Below are positions 1-12,136 of a DNA stretch of 64,000 nt, in pieces. The stretch comes from Heterodontus francisci (lineage: Eukaryota). Under the pieces are notes generated by a model. That model was given only the letters and a program-made list of their open reading frames with translations, searched no databases and was not told the DNA's origin. Location: NCBI RefSeq assembly GCF_036365525.1, contig NC_090382.1, forward strand, positions 111,820,372 through 111,884,371, read 5' to 3'. The position numbers and the translations under genes are program-made. The first letter of the stretch is position 1. Each line of letters begins with the position of its first letter.

Positions 1-353
1 AAAAAAGGTAGCAGAAAAACTACAATCCCATAAGAGAAAAGAGCAGAATTTCTTGAAGATAAGGCACATTCCTGGAAGAGACGTGACAGTAAATTAAGCA
101 ATAATACAAAAGCGAAATACTGTGCATGCTGGAAATCTGAAATAAAAACATAAAATGCTGGAAAGACACAGCAGGTCAGGCAGCATCTGTGGAGAGAAAA
201 ACAAAGTAAACGTTTCAGGTTCGCGACCTTTCATTAAAACTGCGAAAAGTTAGATATCTAATATGTTTTGAGCAAGTAAAAGGGGACAGCGGGGAAGATG
301 AACAAAAGTAAAGATCTGTAATAGGGTGGAGGGCAGAAGAGATTAATTGACAA
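1..353 (-). mobile_element. Decayed Penelope-like element 5' region/pseudo-LTR with degenerate hammerhead
   Basis: Motif cagcaggtcaggcagcatctgtggagag...aacgtttcaggt...gacctttcat is shared with the PLE terminal repeat at ~17130-17229. It is homologous to 13736-14087. Confidence 0.7.
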
Positions 354-699
354 CTAATTTTTTTGACTGAAGTTTTATCTTCTCAAGTTGAATTATATCG
401 TTGCTTGAAATTGGAACACTGTACTAATATTATCATTCAGTATTAACACCAATCAATAACAAACCTTGCATTTATACACAGTTTTAAAAGAAATCATGAG
501 CGAACTGCACTTGGTGTGGGAAAGGATATCGGCAGCACAGTAGGAGATAAGGTAAAGGTCCGACTGACGGATAGGTGAATGCCAAGGAGATCATTGCAAT
601 TAGTTCTTTCTGCAGATGGCAAAGGCATGCGTGAGGTTTACATCAGCATGTTGGTAATGAATGGTTAGAGGTAGGTAATGCTGCACAGATAAAACCAGA

Positions 700-1460
700 T
701 GGTCTTTATGATGTTGTAGCTGCTGCTCCAGTACAGCTACAAAACAGGCATCTACCCGACAATGTGGAAAATTGAAATAAAAACAAGAAATGCTGGAACC
801 ACTCAGCAGGTCTGGCAGCATCTGTGGAAAGAGAAGCAGAGTTAACGTTTCGGGTCAGTGACCCTTCATCGGAATGTGGAAAATTGCCCAGGTGTGTCCT
901 GTCCACAAAAACCAGGACAAATCCAAACCAGCAAATTACTCTAGGCTGAAGCATTAGCAAAGAGATGGAAGGTGCCGTCGACTGCTGTGCAGCGGCACTT
1001 AGACAGCAACAAGCTGCTCATTGATGTTCAGTTTGCATTCGGCAAAGAGCACTCACTCCAGACTTCATTACAGCTTTGGTCCAAGCATGGGCAAAAGAGC
1101 TGAATTTCAGAATTGAAGTTCGGGTGACTGCCCTTGACATCACTGCAGCATTTGGCCAAGGGTGCCATCAAGGAGCCCTAGCAAAACTGAAGTCAAAGGC
1201 AAGTGGTGGGGGGGGGGGGGGGGGGGGGTGCGTGGTTGGGGGGCGGAAATTCCACTGCGTGGAGTCATACCTAGCAGAAAAGAAGGTGGTTTTGGCTGTT
1301 GGATGCCAATCATTTCAGCCCCAGGGCATCGCTGCAGGAGTTCCTCACGGCTCAGTGTTCAGTACCATTGGCAACTCCTCAGGTACTGAAGCAGTCCAGC
1401 AGTCCACGTCCACTTGCCTCGAGACTCGACAGCATTTAGCCTTGGGCTGGTAAGTGGCAA
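700..1460 (+). mobile_element. Decayed LINE RT fragment (same family as 54225-55552)
   Basis: ORF 1076-1453 reads VQAWAKELN..EVRVTALDITAAF...GVPHGSV, matching the RT in ORF 54606-55547. Confidence 0.75.
775..872 (-). mobile_element. 98-bp Penelope pLTR-derived mini-insertion carrying a hammerhead motif
   Basis: Flanked by a 14-bp TSD aatgtggaaaattg (761-774, 873-886). The empty site is visible in unit C (~37880). Minus strand reads ccgatga-a-gggtca-c-tgaccc-gaaacgtt-aact. Confidence 0.85.
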
Positions 1461-1461
1461 C

Positions 1462-4410
1462 ATTTTCTTTCTTCCTTCATGAGATGCGAGCGTCTCTGGC
1501 AAGGCCAGCATTTGTTGCCCACCCATCATGTTTCTTATTTGTTCATGGGATGTGGGCATCGCTGACTAGGTCAGCATTTCTTCCCCATCCCTAATTGCGC
1601 TTGGGAAAATGGTAGTGAATTGCTTTCTCAAACCGCTGCTACCTTGGGGTATAGGTATACCCAGAGTGCTGTTAGGAAGGGTATTCCAGGATTTTGACAC
1701 AGTGAAAGTGAAGGCACGGTGATATAGTTCCAAGTGGGGATGGTGTGTGACTTGGAGGGGAACTTGTAGCTGGTGGTGTTTCCATGCTACGGCTGCGTTT
1801 GTCCTTCTAAGTGGTAGAGGTCGTGGGTTTGTAAGGTGCTGTGAAAGGAGCCTTGGTGAGTTGCTGTGGTGCATCTTGTAGATGGGACATACTGCTGCCA
1901 CTGTGCATTGGTGATGAAGGGAGTGAATGTTGAAGGTGGTGAAAGGGGTGCCAATGAAGCAGACTGCTTTGGCTGGATGGTGTCGAGCTTTTTGAGTGCT
2001 GTTGAAGCAGCACCTATTCATGCAAGTGGAGAGTATTCAGTAACACTCCTGACTTGTGCCTTGTAGATGGTGGACAGGAGCTGGGGAGTCAGGAGGTGAG
2101 TTACTCGCAACAGAATTCCCAGCCTCTGACCTGCTCATGTCGCCAGAGTATTTATGTGGCTGCTCCATTTAAGTTTCTGGACAATGGTAACCCCCATAAT
2201 GTTGATAGTGGGATATTCAGTGATGGAAATACCATCGAACGTTAAGGGGAGATGGTTAGATTCCCTTTTGTTTGAGATGGTCATTGCCTGGCACTTGTGT
2301 GGGGTGAATGTTACTTGCCGCTTATCAGCCCAAGACTGAATGTTGTCCAGTTCTTATTGCATATGACATGCACTGCTGCAGTATCTGAGAAGTTGTGAAT
2401 GTTACGGAATGTCATACATTCATCAGCAAACATACCCACTTCTGATCTTATGATGGAGGGATGGACATTGATGGTTGGGCCTAGAACATTACCCTGAGGA
2501 ACTCCTGCAGCAATATCCTAGGGCTGAGATGTTTGACCTCCAACAACCACAACCATCTTCCTTTGTTCTAGGTGTGACTAATTGATTATTTAGATGAGGG
2601 AACTAAATGTAATGATTTAGATGAGGGCACTAAATGTAATATCTCCAAATTTTCAGATGACACAAAACTGGGTTGGAGGATGAGTTATCAGGAGGATGCA
2701 GAGAGGCTTCAAGGTGTATTGGACAAGTTGAGTGAGTGGGCTAATGCATGGCAGATGCAGTATAATCCGGATAAATGTGAGGTTATTCACTTTGGTAGCA
2801 AAAGCAGGAAGGCAGATTATTTCTGAACGGCTATAAACTGAGAGAGGGGAATATGCAGCGAGACCTGGGTGTTCTCATACACCAGTCGCTGAAAGTAATC
2901 ATGCAGGTGCAACAGGCGGTAAAAAAGGTAAATGGTATGTAGGCCTTCATCGCGAGAGGATTCGAGTACAGGAGAAGGGATGTCCTGCTGCAATTATACA
3001 GGGCCTTGGTGAGGCAACACCTGGAATATTGTGTGCAGTTTTGGTCTCCTTATCTGAGGAAGGATGTTCTTGCTATAGAGGGAGTGCAGTGAAGGTTTAC
3101 CAGACTGATTCCTGGGATGGCGGGACTGAGGTATGAGGAGAGATTGAGTCAGTTAGGATTATATTCGCTGGAGTTCAGAAGAGTGAGGGGAGAGCGCATA
3201 GAAACCTATAAAATTCATCCATGACTTGACAGGGTAGATGCAGGAAGGATGTTCCCGATGGTGGGGGAGTCCAGAACCAGGAGTCATAGTTTAATGATCC
3301 GGGGTAAACCTTTCAGGACTGAGATGAGGAGAAATTTCTTCACCCAGAGAGTGGTGAGCCAATGGAATTCGTTACCACAGAAAGTAGTTGAGGCCAAAAC
3401 ATTGTGTGTTTTCAAGAAGGAGTTAGATATGGCTCTTGGGTCTAAAGGGATCAAAGGATATGGGACTAAAGCAGGAACAGGCTACTGAGTTGGATGATCA
3501 GCCATGATCATAATGAATGGCAGAGCAGGCTCGATGGGCCGATTGGCCTACTCCTGCTCCTATTTTCTATGTTTCTGTGACTCGAACCATTGAAGAGTTT
3601 TCCCCTTGATTCCTATTGATTTCATTTAGGCTCGGGCTCCTTGACGTTACACTCGGACAAATGCTAGCTTGATATCCCGAGCCTCACTCTCACCTCACCT
3701 CTTGACTTCATCTCCTTTATCCATTTTTGAACCAAGGCTGTTATGAGGTCAGGGGCAGAGTGGCCCTGGCAGAACATTCGTGCCAGAAAAGTGTCAGGCA
3801 ACGACCATGTCCAACAGGAGAAAATCTAACCAAGTTTCAATCCAAGTGGTGTAGCTAGATCCATATGCTGTTGGCAAAGGAGATCTAGTTTTTCTGATCC
3901 AGTAACAGTGATGAAATGGTGATATACTTCCAAATCAGGTGGATTAGAGGGGAACGTACAGGGGGTGGCATTCCCTTGCCTCTACTGCCCTTGTCCTTCT
4001 AAGTGGTAGAGGTCACGGCTTAGAAGGTGCTGTCAAAAGAGGCTTGGCAAGTTGCTGCAATGCATCTTGTAGATGGTACAGACTGCTGCCACTTTGCACC
4101 AATGGTGAAGGCAATTGATGCTTAAGATTGTGGATGGGGTGCTGGTCAGCAAGCTGCATTCTCCTGGACGGTGGCGAGCCTCTTGAGTGTTTTGGGAACT
4201 GCACTCATTCACGCAAGTGGAAAGTATTCCGTGATGCTCCTGACGTGTGCCTTGTAGATGGTTGACAATCCCTCGGGAGTCTGGAATTGACTTGATCACC
4301 ACAGAATATTCAGCCTCTGACCTACTTTTGTAGCCACAGTATTTATATGGTTAGTCCTGTTAAGGTTCTGGTCAATGGTAACCCCCAGGTTATTGATGGG
4401 GAACGAACAT
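1462..4410 (-). mobile_element. Decayed LINE fragments (3' tail at left), interrupted by a CR1
   Basis: 3' tail (ccagcatttgttgcccacc / ttccccatccctaattgc) and RT C-terminal remnants (NIHSLHH..VAAVC.IYKMH) as in 54225-55552. Confidence 0.75.
2580..3577 (+). mobile_element. 5'-truncated CR1 LINE, present in all three units
   Basis: CR1 RT C-terminus ([32 protein letters not shown]) with a ctatgttt-type tail. It is flanked by a (ta)tgact(c) TSD, clearest in unit C. Confidence 0.85.
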
Positions 4411-4419
4411 TGATCAATT

Positions 4420-6100
4420 ATGGATCGTTGTGGGTTCTGCGGAGGTCTTGGATGGGTAGAGTAGCAATTAATTGATATACTCTTGCTGCTATTGGCAAGA
4501 TAGAAGTAGATGCAAGAAAAAGCAGCTGAGTTTGACAAAGAGGGACACACAGGAACATGACGTGCTCAGCCGGTCCAAAAGCTGCAGAGAGATCTGGAAG
4601 GGCATTGATAGCTGGTGCACCATGGTCATAGTCATCGGGAATGTCTTTCGAGATTTTGCCTAGAGATATTTCGATATTGCGGGAGGGAGCACAGAGAACT
4701 GCAGACATTCATAAATCCAGGAGATAACAATTTGACGCTGAGAGGAAAATTGGAGATTGGCGGCATTTTGCAAGAACAGAAAGTTCGGAGGGTTTTTTTT
4801 TATAAATCTGGGGCGATTCTGTTATTTGCAAGAGGGAGAGGCACAGTGATTGTGGCCAAAAAGAATAATTCCCAATATCGGCAAACATCAGAGTCAGGAA
4901 ATATTGCGGTTCGTAGGTGCCTAGGAATGGGGTCTTGGAAGTAAGAGGTATGGCTCGAATTGGAAGAACTTTCACGGGGCCTGGGTGGAAATGAGAGAAA
5001 ACTAGACCTAAGAAAGAGTGATGGGGACGGGAGAGTTTTTTGCCGGTAAGCATTGATTTCATTGGCAGGAGCAGATGAAGAAGGCCGACATAAATAATGG
5101 GATTGTCATCACCTTGCTAAAAAAAATTAAAAAGGTGCACTTTTTGGGGGCGGGGAGATGCGAATGTGGATGTTAAGGAAGGCAGGCAGAGTAGTTTCTT
5201 GAGAGTTGAGAAAAGGAGAGAAGAATTACCTTCACGCTCCAAAATGATCACGGATTAATGGCTTCTTTTGGCAGAGGAAATCAAGGCCTTGTCGGCCGAA
5301 TATGTGTCAGACAGATCTAGTGGTGTCGAAAATAAAACTGTGGATGGTAAATGACCCAAATAAGTTGATGGAGATGGTGTTTGTAGTGATCGTAGGACTG
5401 GTGGGGCTACGTAATATGGTGACGTCAAGATTGTAGTCATAAATGTGATCAAAACAATTGATAGGGACGACATGCATGGTTTTGATAAGGACTATTTCGA
5501 TATTGTGGAAAGGCGCATCGAGAACTGCAGAGGTTCATAAATCCAGGAGACTAAACCTTGGCGTTGCGAGGAACAGAGGGAATGCGGTGGGGACTGTTCA
5601 TTTGAAGATTTTGATTAAGTGGAAGGGGAATCACATTTTGAAGAGGTTCAGAAGATGCCAGCGAAGCGGTGGAAAAGACGTAGGTCTAATTTGACAATCA
5701 GCGCCAACCACAGAACTCAATGTGTCATGGTGGCTGTGATGAACACAACTCGAAGGAGGGTAGTGAAGTTAGCCCCGAGGGAGTATCCTGGAAAGGATGG
5801 TTATTGATTGTGGAAGATAGTTAGCTGTAACAAATGCTTTTAAAGAGGTCTTTAAATGTGATTTGCAGAGAATGCTGCAAAGCACAGAGAAGATCTATCA
5901 TTTCACATAGGACATGATACAAACTGTGGCAATGACAGGAGCGCCGCAGATCGGGACTCCCTGGAGGCGGTCGAAACAACAAATGGAACAGGACACAATT
6001 AGTGTCCACGGGTAGAACGCAGAAAACAGAATGTCAGAGATGGGATCAGCATCAAGAGCAGATCCAGTAGTACCATATTGGAACGATCCCAGGATGGAAA
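4420..6100 (-). mobile_element. Ancient L2 LINE relic upstream of the promoter
   Basis: Broken minus-strand frames carry L2 ORF2-like motifs: ALISSAK..H, LLFST, KKP..LSVLAKCRQ, PDLSAAF (and DPIPTHLL in the unit C copy). Confidence 0.65.
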
Positions 6101-7839
6101 CAAAAACGTCCAAGGAAAATTAGCCTGCAAAGGCAGACTGGATGACGAAATAGGGATAATCCAGCAGATATCAATCACTTTGGAAAGTCATGGCGAAAAT
6201 ACAGATTACTGTATCACCCAGAGGCTAGCGGTGAAACGGCATTCAAACCAGTGGAAAACGACTTTCTGCCGAAAGCAACATTGCTGCACAGCTGGAAAAA
6301 CAGCAGTACACTGGAATCCAGTTCAGCATCCAATGTAATTCTTGAAGAGATGAAGTAATAAAGCAGATATATGGCAATTGAAGATTACGGTGAAGACTAG
6401 TGCAGGCCAGATGGCGGAATAGTTCAGAAAAACAATGGAAGCAGAGTCCTGGTTCGCCAAGTCAGTACAGGGAAAATACCTAACAGAACCCGGCTGAGCA
6501 TTGCGCTATTCGGAGGACGGCGTCTAAGTAGTGGAAGTGAGGAGAGGGAGACGAGCCGGGATTGGGGCAAGTGGCATTGGATTGCCTTGAATGAAATTGC
6601 GAAGGAGAACTCAGTTGGAAGTTGTCCAGGAACGGACTCCAGAGATGGTCCAAGTTGTGTTCCATGACAATGTAGTTATTTTGCTGTGCTACCTCAGTGT
6701 GGTTGTCATCCATATAGTTTCACTCCGCCAAGTTGCAGTTTAAGTTATTATTTCACAGCCGCTTTGCATTCTCTCACTAATAAACGCATTTCAGATAAGC
6801 AGCTGAATCTGGAAAGATATTCAATTCCCGGACTGTGCATTGAATTGAATTGAATATTCTTGGACGTCGCACATGAACAGTTACCTCCAGTTTCCTTTGT
6901 TGTAGACCAATAAATAGCATCCCAGGGATTGGTTGGTGAAAGCGACATGTTCAATCCGAAACAGCCTAAAAGACGGACAATCCGGAATGTTAATGAATCT
7001 GTAGGTAATAATTGTTATTGATGATTCTACTTTCAGAACTTTTATTACATAATTGAGCATTCGCCAGAATCAACGCTGGATATTATGCACCGTGCATATT
7101 TCTAGGTTGTGGATTAATGGAAATGCAGACTTCAATTGACAATGAATAGAACACAAGCCTGTGAAAACTTGTAATATATATACATAACTAACTACTCTTA
7201 CGAAATTCACCATCTTAATGATTTTTTTTTGTAATAGAAATACGTTGCGCATCGTTTTCCATTAATATCTTAGTTCTTGGGATTTGGACATCGCAAGAAA
7301 GGTTACATTCGTTGCTCTGGTAAGGTGGTGGTGAACTTTCTACTTCAAATTCGGCAGTTCCCGTTGTCGTTGCGCTTTTATTGGAAGGACTAAAAAAGGA
7401 ATTCGTAATTTATATATAAAAGATATATAGGTTCTGTTAATTATAGCACATCAGTCCATGCCATTTTATTTAAACCTGGCAAACCTGGTAAAGCTGTCGG
7501 TAAGGCAGGAGGAACCATACACATTATCTCCCTAAAATATGAAACAAGGGTTAAGCAATTTGCTAAAGAAATTCGGATAGTTCAGTCGTCCAGAATAGTT
7601 TGTTCAATCAGCTTGTTTTCGTTGCGATTTGATGAAGAAATAAGTACATTAGACAAAAAAGTACGGAGTTTGGACAAACGTAGAATAATATAATTAGATT
7701 GCACGTCAATTGAATAATAGAGCAAAGCAGGTAAGAAATATAAACTAGCAACGTCAATTAAAGTTGCACAACATTAAATGCACAAAGCAATTCTTCCGGT
7801 GTTCAGTGGAGGCAGTATTGCTTTAAGATAATGAGCTGT

Positions 7840-7887
7840 TATTATTGGCCGAGTCTCTTTGTGTCGCTGTCTACCAATGAGGTGAAG
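7840..7887 (+). promoter_or_regulatory. Pcdh conserved sequence element (CGCT box, putative CTCF site) with flanking CCAAT boxes, promoter 1
   Basis: tattattggccgagtctctttgtgtCGCTgtctaccaatgaggtgaag. CGCT is at 7865, 325 bp before the ATG, and the element is identical upstream of all four exons. Confidence 0.85.
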
Positions 7888-8189
7888 AAATGTGTCTGGA
7901 GATCCAGCACCACTCCTCCTTCATCAAGCACTACGCGCTGTGGAATGAACGAACAGCATTCACCGTTCCACGCTCTTAATTCACATCGCAGAAAGGGACG
8001 GAAAAATCTGAGGGCATTTGTAAAATCATCTAGGCGATCGTAACCAAAACGTCTACGCGCTATACATAAAAAGCAACATTTCCTTTGGATAAGCAAGGTA
8101 ATGAACAAATGCGTTATCGGTCTAACAACAAGGCACGTATAAATTCATCTGAGAATCTGGCAATTATATTCGCAGTACTTTGATCCAAA

Positions 8190-10649
8190 ATGGCCTACTG
8201 GATGAATAGCCATTTGTCCCTATGGCTTGTTTTTTATCTGATACTCATGTATGTTTCGGATTCAGTCTGTGTAAAAATTCGCTACTCAATTCCGGAAGAA
8301 TTAGATCTTGGCGCCTTGGTTGGAAATATCGCTGCGGACCTGGGATTAGATGTAAAGCAGTTATTGGAGCGCCGATTTCGGATTGCATCTGAAGGCAAAA
8401 AACAATATCTAGACGTGAATTTAAAAACTGGAGCTCTCATTATAAAAGAAAAAATAGACAGAGAGCAGCTTTGCGAACACCGCCTGTCGTGCGTATTGAT
8501 AATAGAGGCTGTGATTGAGAACCCGCTAAAGTTATCTCGTGTGGAAATTGAGATTCTCGACGTAAATGACAATTCGCCCGTGTTCCAGAGAAGTGAGGTA
8601 AACATTGAAATCGCAGAATTGATGCCAGCAGGAACGAGCTTCCCGCTCCAGAGCGCGATTGACCCGGATGCTGGAACCAACAGTGTTCGCTCCTACCAAC
8701 TGAGCCCAAACGAGTATTTCACTTTGAAATCACAGTCAGACAGCAAACAAAATGGCATCCCAGAACTCGTGCTGGAACGACCCCTAGACCGAGAGCAACA
8801 GCCAACTCATCGGTTAACACTAACGGCGTTTGACGGAGGAACTCCACAGAAATTCGGGACAACCCAGATTAACATTAATGTGCTTGATGCGAACGATAAC
8901 GCCCCAGTTTGCGAACAAAATGTCTATCAAATCACCACGGCCGAAAACGTGCGCAAAAATACTTTGATTGTGAAAGTAACTGCGGTTGATCTAGACGCAG
9001 GCCTAAACGGTGAGATAATCTATTCTTTCACCGATCACACTCCTGATAGAGTTCGCGATATATTTCGCTTAGATTCAGCCAACGGAGAAATCAGAGTAAT
9101 TGGTACCGTAGACTTTGAAGAAACAGTGAATTATCAGATTATGGTACAAGCCAAGGACAGAGGCTCGCTTCCACTGCTAGGATACTGTACAGTTTTGATA
9201 AAGGTCACTGATGTTAATGATAATTCTCCTGAAATAATAACGACTTCTGCGTCGAATTTCATTCAAGAGAATGCTGCTCTAAACACTGCAGTAGCTGTTT
9301 TAAGAGTTGCAGACCGAGATTCTGAAAATACAGCGGCTGTTTATTGCCGAATCAACGGGGGTATTCCTTTTAAGCTTAATAGCTCCTTTAATAACTACTA
9401 TACGTTAGTCACTCATGGTGATATAGATCGTGAAAAAGTGTCAGAATACAACGTTACCATTACATGTACGGATAGTGGCTCTCCTCCCCTCTCGACCAAC
9501 AAAACCATCCGAGTTCAAGTCTCAGATATAAACGACAACGCGCCACGCTTTACGCAGCCTTCGTTCACCATGTATGTGACAGAAAATAATATCATTGGTG
9601 CTTCAATTGGTTCTGTGTCAGCTTTTGATCCAGATTCTAATCAAAATTCACAAATACGTTTTGATATTTTGAGTAGCCTGATACACGGGTTGCCCGCGTC
9701 CACATTCGTCTCAATAAACTCAGCCAATGGTGTGATGTTTGCTCACCAGTCTTTTGATTTTGAGCAACTTAAAAATTTTCAAATCTGTGTGCAAGTGAAG
9801 GATGCTGGATCCCCTCCGCTCAGCAGTAACGTAACGGTAAATGTCATCATCACAGATCAGAATGACAATGTCCCTGTGATCCTGTCACCTTTGCCAAGTG
9901 AAGGGTCTGCAGCAGAGGACACGATGCCTAAAACTGCCGATTCGGGTTACTTGGTTGCAAAAGTGACAGCCACTGATGCCGATTCTGGGCAGAACGCTCA
10001 AATTGTCTATCAGCTTCTTCAGCCCACTGATGAAAGTCTGTTTACGGTGGCTCCAGAAACAGGAGAAATCTGGAGTATTCGCCGCTTTGGGCATAAAGAT
10101 TCCCTCAGACAGAAAATCGTCATTTTGGTGAGGGACAATGGAATTCCGTCCCTTTCATCTACTGTCACCATCAATGTATCAGTGCAGGATGATATTACAG
10201 AAAACGCATCTAATATTGGCATGTTCGGGACCTCTGGGCCATGGACATCTGATTTTAAATTTTATTTAATGATTTCTTTTGGCACAATTTCGCTGCTATT
10301 GCTTGCGGCGATTGTTATCCTCGGTATTAAGGTACAAAGAGGTCGAACGGAAACTAATAGTGACTGTTGCTGTTGGCACACGTCATACATTTCCAGCAGG
10401 GATTCGCTACGTGTAATTCAAAAGGCGAGTGTGAATATTCAAATGCCACCCAATTACACTGAAAGTGGCACTTTCCCGCAACCATTTCGCTATGATGTGC
10501 GTCAAGATTCAGACATGAACAATTTCATGTTTCTGAAGTTAGATGGTGTGACAGCGCCCATAATTGATATCAAAACTGGCATATGTACTGCTGCAGAACA
10601 TGGAAAGGTATCACAGTCTACAAACAAGGAAATCACTGAATTTCGCAAG
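8190..10649 (+). CDS. Clustered protocadherin variable exon 1 (signal peptide, EC1-EC6, TM, variable cytoplasmic part)
   Basis: Motifs IRYSIPEE, VGNIA.DLGL, C-x5-C in EC1, five DxNDN linkers, DRE/DxD motifs and TM FYLMISFG...ILGI. Donor AAG|GTGAGT at 10649/10650, phase 0. The unspliced ORF runs on to the stop at 10676. Confidence 0.95.
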
Positions 10650-10696
10650 GTGAGTGGTCCGTTGTTAACACTTTAAACTTCACTTAGCATTTTTAG

Positions 10697-11075
10697 AAGG
10701 TATGGCATTGCATTATGTTACTCTGGAATAGTCAACCGGGGGCCTGGACTAATAATCGAGAGAACGTGTGTCGAGGCCCGTAATAGCAGTTGAAGAAGTT
10801 GTTTTGACTTAAAATAAATCCAGAAATTAAAACAAAAATCTACTTTCGATAAACGTTACCACAAAGTTGTCGAAATCTGGGTAAAAAATGTCAGCTGGTT
10901 ATCAATCTCACTAGGAACATACGAATTAGGAGCAGAAGTAGGCCACTAATGTCATTCCGAGGAGAAAATCTGCTGTTCTTACCAGGTATGGCTTGCATGA
11001 GGCTCGAGTCATACAACAAGATTGTTGACTCTGGACTGTTTCGCTGTCATGGCTCAGCAAGCCACTCAGTCAGCG
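10697..11075 (+). mobile_element. Old tRNA-headed SINE just 3' of the splice donor
   Basis: gcctggactaat...cactaatgtc...aaatctgc...ttgactct...gcaagccactcagt aligns with the better-preserved copy at 62791-63122. It contains a 30-bp CR1 tail at 10914-10943. Confidence 0.6.
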
Positions 11076-11819
11076 GATAAGAAAAAAGGAATGGAAGAAG
11101 GCGATTTAGCTGCTCGTGCCTACTCCACCATCCCAGTAAATTATGTTGATCTGTTTTTCAACCACATTATGCCACCTTTGACCCATAACCAGAACAAGCA
11201 ATAATCTAGCGACTACATTATTGAAAGTTCCAAGACTTTATCTATACTCTGATGAACTTGTTAATCCAAATAATTAGCTCAGACGGAAGATAAAGCTAAA
11301 TCCGATAATTATGTAGTTTCAACTTGAAGTATAATTTCAATAAAAATAGATAATACCGATTCTTGAGGCTTGATGGAACATTTTATTTTCAGAAAGTAAG
11401 TGAGGTCCTGAATTACCCTGTTAAGTCAGGAAAAGATTATTATTTTTTAGCGCGGATGAGAGGATGGTTGAAATAAGTATAGTGAAGGGACAAACGAAAA
11501 GCGTAAAGGTACCTCTGAAATGTATGGGACTGGTTAAGGGAACATTTATGCACAAAATAATAATAAAAAGGGATTACTATAGCTACATGGATGTGTAAAT
11601 CGTGACAATTTAATTTTGGTTTTAGTGACATGAATTAGAATGCAGATGAATGATTTTAACAGACGGTGCCCCTTAGCGTTAGTCTCTCCCAAAACAGACA
11701 GCCTTGAAAGAACTTGGCTGATTCTGGATCGTCAGGGGAAATTAAATATTCACAGATTTTAAATTGGTAAGTCTCATACGGAAGCAAAATGGAAAAAAGC
11801 GGTGACCTTTTAACCGAAT

Positions 11820-12136
11820 ACGAACTCGGAGCAGGAGTAGGCTATTTGACCCTTCGAGTCTTCTCCACCTGTCTGTAAGATCATGGCTGATCTGTTTGTG
11901 GACTCAGTTCCACTTTCCTGCCGACCCCTGATGCCCTTTGCCTCCCTTGATTGTCAGGAATCTGTCCACCTCTGCCTTAAAAACATTCAATGGCCCTGCC
12001 TCGACCACTCTCCAGGAAAGAGAGTTCCGCAGACTCATGAACTTCTGAAAGAAAAATATTCTCCTCATCTCTGTCTTGAAATGGGAGACCCCTTATTTTA
12101 AACTGTGCCCCCTAGTTTTATCTCTCCACAAGAGAT
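11820..12136 (-). mobile_element. CR1 3'-end fragment
   Basis: ggagcaggagtaggc...atcatggctgatc is the reverse complement of the CR1 3' UTR seen at ~3495-3560. Confidence 0.75.

Noticed and set aside
2590-2640. 26-bp tandem repeat (ttagatgagggaactaaatgtaatga)
   Set aside because: Two copies at the CR1 5' junction, inherited by all units. It is not an array or CRISPR.
7862-7912. REST/NRSF half-site lookalikes (gtcgctgtc, tccagcacc)
   Set aside because: Orientation and spacing do not fit a canonical RE1, and the second half is altered at promoter 4.
7831-8108. Short ORFs over the promoters (also 29739-30022, 44477-44689)
   Set aside because: They recur only because of the segmental duplication, are not kept at promoter 4, and show no protein motifs.
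8820-8845. Possible exonic CTCF site at the TAxDGG codons
   Set aside because: acggcgtttgacggagga is a poor match to the CTCF core by eye.
8282-10222. Antisense ORFs inside the Pcdh exons, repeated in paralogs
   Set aside because: These are shadow frames of the coding strand. An antisense lncRNA as in mammalian Pcdh-alpha cannot be judged from sequence.
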